DNA of 64,000 nt, from contig CBDFIJ010000004.1 in NCBI GenBank assembly GCA_965248055.1, forward strand, positions 2,304,001-2,368,000. The letters are read 5' to 3'. This DNA is from Candidatus Multivoradales bacterium. Its GTDB lineage: Bacteria > Acidobacteriota > Thermoanaerobaculia > Multivoradales > JAHEKO01. The notes below the pieces were generated by a model. That model searched no databases, was not told where the DNA came from, and saw only the letters and a program-made list of their open reading frames with translations. Below, in pieces: positions 56,380 to 64,000 of this stretch; the first letter of the stretch is position 1, and each line of letters opens with the position of its first letter. Position numbers and translations under genes: made by a program.

Positions 56380-56429
56380 TCGCGGCACAGCTAAGAGTCG
56401 CGGCAAGTTGATTGCAAGAATCTGACGAA

Positions 56430-56945
56430 ATGGAGCCGTCTCTGCAAGTTCAATCACCTGAAACGGTGGTCAAGGAGTTGTTGTCACCGCCCCGCGAGCT
56501 AAGGCTTCCTGCGGGTAGATTTCGGGTTGGTGACTTTGAGGTCGAGCCTCGACGGCTTGAAATCGCCGGTCAGGATCGAGTGATCCAGGTGGAACCCAAG
56601 GTGATGGGTGTGTTCGTCGATCTGATTCAGTCAGCCGGGACACCCAGAACCAAGCGGGAAATCCTGCAAGCGGTTTGGCCCGATGTGATCGTTGGCGACG
56701 CGGTGTTGAGTCGAGCGATCTCCATACTGCGTCACTCACTCGGCGAGGATGCCAAGAACCCGCAATTTATTGAGACTATTCCTCGGGTCGGATACCGGTT
56801 CGTTGGCGAGGTTTCCCACTATACGGAAGAGATTATCGAAACCGTCAAGGCCGCAGAAGAGAAGTCGTTCAATTGGTGGATTGCTGCCCTGATTGGGATC
56901 TTGTTGATGGCGGCGTTTGTATTGGGTTTGCTAGTTAGCAGCTAA
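56430..56945 (+). CDS. CadC-like wHTH with C-terminal TM anchor
   Basis: VEPKVMGV...[12 protein letters not shown] followed by a terminal hydrophobic helix. Confidence 0.82.
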   Translation: MEPSLQVQSPETVVKELLSPPRELRLPAGRFRVGDFEVEPRRLEIAGQDRVIQVEPKVMGVFVDLIQSAGTPRTKREILQAVWPDVIVGDAVLSRAISILRHSLGEDAKNPQFIETIPRVGYRFVGEVSHYTEEIIETVKAAEEKSFNWWIAALIGILLMAAFVLGLLVSS

Positions 56946-57766
56946 CCGATTAATCCGTCCCATGGACTCGACGCGGAAGCGTAGAGTTTCTTGCCTATCC
57001 GGCCAGCATTAGCCGCTAACCAACCAGCCTCTACCGCGTGTTTCATGGCTGCGGCCATGCGTACCGCGTCTTTCGCTCCAGCGATCGCGGTGTTCATAAG
57101 CACCGCATCACATCCGAGTTCCATTGCCAGGGCTGCGTCCGAGGCGGTACCGACACCGGCGTCGACAATTACTGGCACAGGGTTCTCACGGGCGTGGGCT
57201 TGTTCGACAATGATGCGGATATTGGCCGGGTTGCGAATGCCCAAGCCCGAGCCAATTGGTGCCCCTAGTGGCATTACCGCCGCAGCACCTAAGTCTTGAA
57301 GCTTGCGGCAGACGACGGGGTCGTCAGTGGTATAGGGAAGGACGATGAAGCCTTCGTCCACCAACACCCTGGTTGCTTGCAGCAGCTCTTCATTGTCGGG
57401 AAACAGGGTTTCCTTATCGCCAATCACCTCAAGCTTGACCCAGTTCCATCCACCAACTTCGCGCCCCAGACGAGCGGTGCGAATGGCTTCTTCCGCGGTA
57501 AAGCAAGCGGCGGTGTTCGGCAGCAGTAGGTACTTCTTGGGATCGATGTAATCGATCAACGACCCCTTACCGATGTTGTCCAGAGACACCCGCCTGAGCG
57601 CGACCGTGATCATTTCGGTTCCAGAAGCCTCGAACGAGGCCACCATGGTTTCGTGGTCGCTGTACTTGCCGGTGCCCAGGATCAATCTGGAGTGGAAGGT
57701 GTGGTCGGCAATGGTCAGGGAATCTATTTGGGTCGAGGGGTGTGCGGAGGTTGAGGAGTTATTCAT
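56942..57766 (-). CDS. thiG: thiazole synthase
   Basis: [48 protein letters not shown]. Confidence 0.97.
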   Translation of the reverse strand: MNNSSTSAHPSTQIDSLTIADHTFHSRLILGTGKYSDHETMVASFEASGTEMITVALRRVSLDNIGKGSLIDYIDPKKYLLLPNTAACFTAEEAIRTARLGREVGGWNWVKLEVIGDKETLFPDNEELLQATRVLVDEGFIVLPYTTDDPVVCRKLQDLGAAAVMPLGAPIGSGLGIRNPANIRIIVEQAHARENPVPVIVDAGVGTASDAALAMELGCDAVLMNTAIAGAKDAVRMAAAMKHAVEAGWLAANAGRIGKKLYASASSPWDGLIG

Positions 57767-57935
57767 GGGTTGGTGGATGTTACTACCGGAGTGTCTTCCC
57801 GGAGGGTGTTCGGCAGCGGGGCAGCTTCAGTTTGTCGTATTGAGGAAAGCCCCTGGCCCCCAAGCCTCCCCGCAGGGATGACGGTTTTTGGAAGGCCATT
57901 CTGAGGGCATGGAGTGTCGGCATTCCAGCGGTGAT

Positions 57936-58790
57936 TCAGGCCTTTGGCGATTCAACCAGTATGTTGTCGATCAATCGGGTGCTGCCGATGATGCCAGCGA
58001 TGGGCAATAGGACCGGTCCAGAGATCTCTCGAACCGGTGAGAACGAGCCAGGGTCAACCACCTCGGCATACTCAAGCGTCGCGAAGGGCTCTTGTCCGAC
58101 TACTTGCTTCATCACAGCGCGTACGCTGTCAGCGTCTGTGCTCCCTTTGGCGATCAATTCGGCTGCTCGGGTTAGTGCTCGGTGAAAAACCGCGGCTGCC
58201 TGCCGTTCAGCGGGCGACAAGAGAGCATTGCGCGACGACATCGCCAACCCATTGTCCTCACGAACAGTCGGATGGCCCAGGATCTCGACTCCGAGTTCCA
58301 GATCGGTGGTTAGGCGGCGAATGATCGCCAGTTGCTGAGCGTCTTTCTCTCCAAAAATGGCGACTTCTGGAGAGGCTATTAGCAGCAGACGGGTGACCAC
58401 GGTGGCGACGCCACGGAAATGCCCGGGTCGGAAGGCGCCTTCCAGCCGATCGGAAAGGCCATCAACGTTGATGTAGGTCGAGTAACCAGCAGGGTAGATC
58501 TCTTCACCGCTGGGCAGAAACAGCAGGTCACAGCCGTTGGCTTGCAGCAAATCGGCGTCAGTAGCGATATCCCGCGGGTAGTGATCGTAGTCCTTCGGGT
58601 CGTTGAACTGGGCGGGGTTGACGAAGATCGAAACCACTACCTTGTCAGCGACCCGGCCAGCCTCCCGGACCAGTGCGAGGTGGCCTTCATGCAACGACCC
58701 CATGGTCGGAACCAGTGCCACCCGCAGTTGCTGTGATTGCCAATCGCGCACCATCGCTCGCAGTTCATCAGCGGATTGACAGGAGCGCAC
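57936..58790 (-). CDS. panC: pantoate-beta-alanine ligase
   Basis: VPTMGSLHEGH, SIFVNPAQF, RPGHFRGV, FGEKDAQQ, GLAMSSRN, RLIDN. Confidence 0.97.
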   Translation of the reverse strand: MRSCQSADELRAMVRDWQSQQLRVALVPTMGSLHEGHLALVREAGRVADKVVVSIFVNPAQFNDPKDYDHYPRDIATDADLLQANGCDLLFLPSGEEIYPAGYSTYINVDGLSDRLEGAFRPGHFRGVATVVTRLLLIASPEVAIFGEKDAQQLAIIRRLTTDLELGVEILGHPTVREDNGLAMSSRNALLSPAERQAAAVFHRALTRAAELIAKGSTDADSVRAVMKQVVGQEPFATLEYAEVVDPGSFSPVREISGPVLLPIAGIIGSTRLIDNILVESPKA

Positions 58791-59659
58791 TAACCGTAAA
58801 CCTTGCGCAGCTTGGTCTCTTGGGCGAGCTCGGGTTTTGGGTTGTCGTAGCTCTCTTGATCGTTGGGAAAACGGCCGTTGTGGACGTCATCGACGTACTG
58901 AGAGATCGCTTCGGTGGCTTGGGCACCGAGATCGGCGTAGCGTCGGACGAACTTAGGAGACAGGCGGTCCTCAATGCCAAGTACGTCGTGGTAGACCAAA
59001 ACCTGTCCGTTACAGCTCGGTCCAGCGCCGATGCCAATGGTTGGGATCGAAAGTTCCGTGGTGACCCTGGCGGCGAGCTCGGCGGGCACGCATTCCAAGA
59101 CCAATGCGAAGGCACCAGCTGCCTCCAAATCCCGCGCGGCCTCGATCAGAGCACTGGCAGCGTCCTTGCCCCGACCTTGGACCCGATAACCACCCAGTTT
59201 GTGGACCGACTGGGGGGTCAGGCCGAGATGTACCATCACTGGAATCTCAGCATCGGTCAGGGCTTTGACGACGTCGGGTCGAGCGCCTTCGATCTTGACC
59301 GCCTGAGCGCCCCCTTCTTTGACGAAGCGCAGTGCGTTGTCGACGGTCTTAGTGAGTTCGCGATGAAATGAGCCATAGGGCATGTCTGCCACCAGCAGCG
59401 CCCGTTTGAGCCCACGGCGCACCGCTTTGACGTGATGCAGCATCTCGTCAACTGTCACCGACAGGGTGTCGTCGTGGCCGAGTACCACCATCGCCAAAGA
59501 ATCACCGACCAAGACCATGTCGACCCCGGCCTGATCGACAATCTTGGCTTGCGGATAGTCGTAGGCAGTAATCATGGTTAGCTTTTGGTCGCCAACCCCA
59601 GCCGCGGCAATCTTCGGTACCGTCATCGGTCGCCGGGTTGCCTTTTTTGGTTCGTTCAT
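58790..59659 (-). CDS. panB: 3-methyl-2-oxobutanoate hydroxymethyltransferase
   Basis: TAYDY, LVGDSL, ADMPYGS, VKIEG, HLGLTPQ, IGIGAG, GQVLV; ATG after GAGGAG. Confidence 0.97.
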   Translation of the reverse strand: MNEPKKATRRPMTVPKIAAAGVGDQKLTMITAYDYPQAKIVDQAGVDMVLVGDSLAMVVLGHDDTLSVTVDEMLHHVKAVRRGLKRALLVADMPYGSFHRELTKTVDNALRFVKEGGAQAVKIEGARPDVVKALTDAEIPVMVHLGLTPQSVHKLGGYRVQGRGKDAASALIEAARDLEAAGAFALVLECVPAELAARVTTELSIPTIGIGAGPSCNGQVLVYHDVLGIEDRLSPKFVRRYADLGAQATEAISQYVDDVHNGRFPNDQESYDNPKPELAQETKLRKVYG

Positions 59660-59676
59660 GGTGTCTCCTCGGAAAG

Positions 59677-59800
59677 CGAAAAACCCTTCCGCCTGAAAGA
59701 CGGAAGGGTCACAATTCGTGTCCCAGGGTTCTAAGCCGATCACATCACAGCGGCTTCAAACATGTTCCGTCTCGGTCCGTGATCGGATCCAAGCGGTGCC
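59677..59800 (-). ncRNA. pan RNA motif leader with intrinsic terminator
   Basis: Upstream of panB: ACCGCTTGGATCC..GGACCGAGACGG, a second GCTTAGAACC..GGGACAC stem, then ACCCTTCCGTC/GGCGGAAGGGT-TTTT terminator (59679-59709). Confidence 0.75.
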
Positions 59801-59929
59801 CCGAAGGGCTCACTCATTATAACGGCGCTGTTGAACGAACTATTCCAGAAGGACTGTGTACGGTCAGTTGGGGTCAAGTGTGTCGCAGGCGGTTCTCCTT
59901 GGACCGCAGTAACAGTTAGCGTTTCGGAG

Positions 59930-60736
59930 TCAGTCGATTGGCGCCGCCCGCACAGTGACCGATCCGTTGGTCGTCTCAGCGTGGATAGACGGTCCGCCGG
60001 AACCCAGCGTTGTGCGCAAGTTTTACCGATTTCCGTATTTTTCGGTCCGCTTTGGAGTTCCAACATCGCTCCGCAAACGACCGTTGGTGGTGGAAACGTT
60101 CAGTTCACCGTTGAAGTCTTCCGGAACCGTAAGCGATACTCCGCCATTGGTGGTTTCGACGAAGACCGGAGAGTTGCCGGTGTCTGAGTTGTCGAGGGAA
60201 ACGGAAACCCCGCCGTTGGTGGTGCGAGCGTTAATCGGTCCGCCGATGTGAGCCAACGAAAGACCTCCGTTGACGGCCCGAGCAGTGATCGCCCCAGATA
60301 CCCAGTCGACGCTGATACCACCGTTGTGGGTCTCCAGTTGGAAATCCGTAGAGTGCGGCCCTTGAAGTTGATAGCTGACCCCCCAGCTCTCGTGTCTGCC
60401 GGTGGCGGGGCCGGTGGCTCGAATCGTTGATCCGGTGCCGATGGAAATTCCCTGCATCAGTTCTTGGGCCCGAGCGTCGGTATCAGCTCACGCAGAAACC
60501 GCAGCCAGCAGAACAATGCGATCTTGATCCCACCCTTCGACCGAAACTCCACCGTTTTGCCCAGCATCCAAGTCCACTTCGTCTCGCATCGAGATTTCGA
60601 TCTCTCGAATCTCGCCAGACCAACCTCGCTTGTGATTCGACCCATCCTTACACATGTCTTTCTCATCGAAACTGCCAGCGGCGAGGGTTGAGGCACAAAG
60701 TGTTAGCAGTGCTAGGTTACTTACGAGTTTTCGCAT
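59930..60736 (-). pseudogene. DUF4097 beta-strand-repeat secreted protein with two in-frame stops
   Basis: Signal peptide and TxNGG repeats. One reading frame is broken by TGA (60488-60490) and TAA (60023-60025) and continues to LGSGGPSIHAETTNGSV. Confidence 0.85.
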
Positions 60737-60973
60737 ACCAATCTCCCGGTTGTCTATCAGTGGTTCGTTGGACAGCATTCTCCGCTTGAGAAGTCTCTGT
60801 TGGGACTATCGGAGTAAGGAAAAGGTTAAGTTGCTTGAGCCCACGCGGGCTAGATCGAAAAAGGGTGGATTGAAAAGGTCCTGGACCGAAGGATAAGGAT
60901 AAAGAGATCTGATCACCTTCGGTTCTAAACCGGACCGTGAGAAACGAGGATGAAGGCCATGAAGGCAGCCAGC

Positions 60974-61621
60974 CTAGCTGCGACCGCGGGGCACGTAGTA
61001 CTGAGTACCGCGGATCGGATGCGCCAAACGCTGAACCAAGTCTTCTAGATCCTCTTCCCGCGAGGTGAAGTCCAGATGACGGGTGTCGACCACCAAGAGC
61101 GGCGACTTGTTGTAGTAGTGGTAGTAGTGATTGTAGGCGTCGATCAGCTCCGCCAGGTAGTCCTCAGAGATGTTCTTCTCAAACTTCCAGCCTCGGTGTC
61201 GAATGCGCTCTTTACAGGTGGCCAAATCGGCGACCAGATAGACCACCAAGTCCGGCGTCGGCACTTGAGGTTCGAGCAAGCCATAGAGCTTGTCGAACAG
61301 CATTAATTCATCGTCAGAGAGGTTGAGATAGGCAAAAACACGGTTCTTAGGAAAGGTGTAGTCAGCGACCACCAACTCCTCGAACAGGCTCTGCTGGGCA
61401 ATCTCTTGCTGCTGTTTGTAGCGCGAGAGCAAGAAGTAAAGCTCGGTCTGAAACGCCGAACCCGGTCGATCGGAGTAGAAGTCCGACAGAAAGGGGTTCT
61501 CGATATCTTCCAGGATTTTTACCCCGTCGAAACGATCGGTGAGTAACTCCACCAAGGTGGTCTTGCCGACCCCGATCGGGCCGTCCACCGCTAGATTGCG
61601 AAATGGTAGCTGGTCTGCCAT
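60974..61621 (-). CDS. deoxynucleoside kinase
   Basis: DGPIGVGKTT, ENPFLSDFY, FLLSRYKQQ, PDLVVYL. Confidence 0.92.
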   Translation of the reverse strand: MADQLPFRNLAVDGPIGVGKTTLVELLTDRFDGVKILEDIENPFLSDFYSDRPGSAFQTELYFLLSRYKQQQEIAQQSLFEELVVADYTFPKNRVFAYLNLSDDELMLFDKLYGLLEPQVPTPDLVVYLVADLATCKERIRHRGWKFEKNISEDYLAELIDAYNHYYHYYNKSPLLVVDTRHLDFTSREEDLEDLVQRLAHPIRGTQYYVPRGRS

Positions 61622-62794
61622 CTAGGCCACCGCCTGACAAACCGGTTGATACAAAGTATCTCGCTCGACCGGCTCGAACCCAGCCTCGCGTACCACCCGT
61701 TCGAGTTCGCGTCGTGACAATGCTTGGCCCGAGTCAGCTCCCGCCATCTGGTAGATGTGCTCTTCCACCACCGTACCGTCGATATCGTCTGCGCCGAAAC
61801 TGAGAGCTACCTGCGCCAACTTGGGACCGATCATCACCCAATAAGCTTTGATGTGCGGGAAGTTATCCAGCACCAGTCGAGACACTGCGATATGGCGCAG
61901 GTCGTCAATCCCAGTGGTGTGGAACTGCAAGCCCATGTAGTTGTTTTCCGGATGGTAGGCGAGCGGAATGAAGGCGTTGAAGCCAGGCGCCTGGTCTTCC
62001 AGATCGCGCAGCTGCATCAAGTGATCGACCTTGTGCTCAATTCCCTCAACGTGGCCATAGAGCATGGTGGCGTTGGTGCGGATACCCATGTTGTGGGCGA
62101 CCCGATGCACCTCGATCCACTCCTCGGCGTCCAGCTTACCGTTGCAGATCTCAGCCCGTACGTCAGGATGGAAGATCTCGGCACCGCCACCCGGCAGCGA
62201 GCCTAAACCGGCGTCGCGAAGTTGCTCCAGAACCTGCTCGATCGACAGGTTGGCGATCTTGGCGAACCAACCGATTTCGATCGCGGTGAACGCTTTCAAA
62301 TGCACCGAAGGAAACCGCTGTTTCAAGCCGCGTATCATTTCCAGATACCACTCGAAGGAAAGATCGGGGTGCAGCCCACCGACGATGTGAAATTCGGTAA
62401 CCTGCTCGCCACCTTGCTTGGCGGCGTGCTCATAGACCTGATCGTGGGTCATTGCCCAGGCGTGGTCTTCGTCGTTGAGCGCTGCAAAACTGCAGAACTT
62501 ACAGTCGTAGGTGTAGACACAGACGTTGGTTGGGTTGATGTGCCGATTGATATTGAAATAGGCGTTGTTGCCGTGTCTCTGGCGGCGCACCGCGTCGGCG
62601 ATTCGCCCCAAAGCGAGCACGTTGGGTGTGGTCAGAGCCAGTGTAGCGTCCGCGGAATCGAGGCGCTCACCCGCCACAACCTTGGCAGCAATCGTTTGCA
62701 GATCCCTGGGGAAGTCTTGGGGTTTGATCTTGGGCTGCACGGTAGATTGAGCGGCGGTTGGCAATGGTCCAAATGGGGAGCCAGAGTATAGCAA
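61622..62794 (-). CDS. mqnE: aminofutalosine synthase (radical SAM)
   Basis: NRHINPTNVC, HIVGGLHP, KAFTAIEI, SLPGGGAEIF, NATMLYGH, HIKAYW, FGADDIDGTV, ERDTLY. Start uncertain. Confidence 0.9.
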   Translation of the reverse strand: MLYSGSPFGPLPTAAQSTVQPKIKPQDFPRDLQTIAAKVVAGERLDSADATLALTTPNVLALGRIADAVRRQRHGNNAYFNINRHINPTNVCVYTYDCKFCSFAALNDEDHAWAMTHDQVYEHAAKQGGEQVTEFHIVGGLHPDLSFEWYLEMIRGLKQRFPSVHLKAFTAIEIGWFAKIANLSIEQVLEQLRDAGLGSLPGGGAEIFHPDVRAEICNGKLDAEEWIEVHRVAHNMGIRTNATMLYGHVEGIEHKVDHLMQLRDLEDQAPGFNAFIPLAYHPENNYMGLQFHTTGIDDLRHIAVSRLVLDNFPHIKAYWVMIGPKLAQVALSFGADDIDGTVVEEHIYQMAGADSGQALSRRELERVVREAGFEPVERDTLYQPVCQAVA

Positions 62795-62865
62795 CGGTAA
62801 AGAGGCCGATTGTTTTTGAGATCTACTCTATGTCACGCTGTCGGCATTTGAAGCTAGGAGGTTAT

Positions 62866-63288
62866 GTGACGTCAACAATCCTGATGGCTACAAGTGCTGG
62901 GATCATTCTTACTCTCGGTCTTGTCCATCTGATCTACACTTTCTGGGGACCGAAACTTCGACCTCGCGACTCTGATCTTCAGCTCAAGATGAGCCAGGTC
63001 TCGCCTGTTATCACCCAGGAAACAACCATGTGGCGAGCCTGGGTTGGCTTCAATGCCAGTCATAGCATGGGTGCGATCTTGTTCGGGCTGGTTTACGGCG
63101 TTCTCGCTATTGGGCATGCTGACTTGCTATTCGGGTCTTCCTATTTACTTGTCGTTGGCTTGATCATGCTGATTGGCTATTGGGCGCTTGCCAAACGCTA
63201 TTGGTTTAGTGCGCCGTTTGTGGGAATTAGCATTGGGTTGGTCTGCTACGTGGCAAGCACTGTCTTTGCGACCCAAGGTAGATCTTGA
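62866..63288 (+). CDS. four-TM membrane protein
   Basis: AGGAGG RBS before GTG; WVGFNASHSMG and RYWFSAP motifs. Confidence 0.75.
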   Translation: MTSTILMATSAGIILTLGLVHLIYTFWGPKLRPRDSDLQLKMSQVSPVITQETTMWRAWVGFNASHSMGAILFGLVYGVLAIGHADLLFGSSYLLVVGLIMLIGYWALAKRYWFSAPFVGISIGLVCYVASTVFATQGRS

Positions 63289-63294
63289 GTTGAA

Positions 63295-63834
63295 ATGGCG
63301 ACGGCTTTCTCACATCCAGCTATTGCCTTGGCCTTGCGTTTGGTCGGCGGATCAAGGGTTGTTTCGCGGCGATTGTTGATCGCTGCTGCGATCTGTACCG
63401 TGTTGCCGGACGTTGATGCGATCGGATATTGGTTGGGCGTGCCCTACCAGCACCTGTTCGGTCACCGAGGGTTGACGCACTCTGTGTTTTTTGCGGTCGC
63501 AGTCGGTTGGGCGGCTTCTCGTTACTCGGCTTTTCTCGGGGTGACGCGCAAGGCGGCTTTTTGGGTGATCATGGTGGCTACCGCATCTCACGGTTTGCTC
63601 GATGCCTTCACCAATGGGGGGCTGGGAGTCGCGTTCTTGAGCCCGTTTTCCAACCAGCGATGGTTCTTTCCTTGGAAGCCGATTGTCGTGTCGCCGATCA
63701 GCATCAGTGGCTTTTTCGAACCGCGGTCCTGGTCGGTTTTGGCGTCGGAGTTGGCGTGGATATGGTTGCCCGCAGTTTCGATTGGATTGCTGCTGGGGGC
63801 GTTACGCTCTACGGGTTACCCGAGTTCGCGCTAG
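63295..63834 (+). CDS. YdjM-like membrane metal-dependent hydrolase
   Basis: LPDVD, GHRGLTHS, SHGLLDAFTNGGLGV. Confidence 0.88.
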   Translation: MATAFSHPAIALALRLVGGSRVVSRRLLIAAAICTVLPDVDAIGYWLGVPYQHLFGHRGLTHSVFFAVAVGWAASRYSAFLGVTRKAAFWVIMVATASHGLLDAFTNGGLGVAFLSPFSNQRWFFPWKPIVVSPISISGFFEPRSWSVLASELAWIWLPAVSIGLLLGALRSTGYPSSR

Positions 63835-64000
63835 CTCAAGAAGTGTGGTGTTGGGAGTTGGGGTAGCTACCAAACACTTTCGTAGCCGTCCGCGAGGAGG
63901 TCGAATCTTGAATTGAAGACGTGAACGCGCCTCGATTTCTCGCCATTCTTGTCGACAAAGGAACCCCCTGCGTGCGACCAAGAAAGAACAGAACCGGGCA

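Noticed and set aside
57767-57935. TPP riboswitch upstream of thiG
   Set aside because: The conserved CTGAGA and CCTGAT...AGG elements are not found on the minus strand.
94-63916. Numerous short ORFs overlapping or antisense to called genes
   Set aside because: Shadow ORFs expected in GC-rich DNA; no motifs or independent RBS.

Overview
GC-rich bacterial chromosome segment. The gene content (Oar-type TonB receptor, CadC-like wHTH-TPR proteins, mqnE) suggests Acidobacteriota/Thermoanaerobaculia, which is an inference. About 40 kb (5127-45298) is a genomic island integrated at tRNA-Arg(ACG) and bounded by a perfect 58-bp direct repeat. Its tyrosine integrase appears to have lost the catalytic Tyr (Cys codon instead). 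The most striking cargo is an 8-gene operon (7183-16653): cupin, PLP aminotransferase, HTH regulator, AlaX-like deacylase, Rossmann-fold oxidoreductase, second AlaX-like deacylase, PheS paralog, PheT paralog. The PheS paralog keeps its ATP-binding motifs but has a rebuilt amino-acid pocket (GFAFG to GFYVN, LGCGMV to MPGGPP). This suggests a mobile system that makes, charges and edits a non-phenylalanine amino acid on tRNA. The island also carries (i) a large serine recombinase with an att-like site inside its own 3' end, repeated 2663 bp downstream with an alternative C-terminal tail, (ii) a minimal transfer module including a VirD4-like ATPase fused to a nuclease-like domain and an excisionase, (iii) an RloC-like SMC ATPase, and (iv) a Sec-signal Rhs toxin with an array of orphan tips and lipoprotein immunity candidates. 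Outside the island are three IS elements, a TonB-dependent receptor, four CadC-like wHTH genes, thiG, panBC with a pan RNA motif, a deoxynucleoside kinase, mqnE and several nonsense-interrupted genes. All calls come from reading the sequence; no database searches were run.
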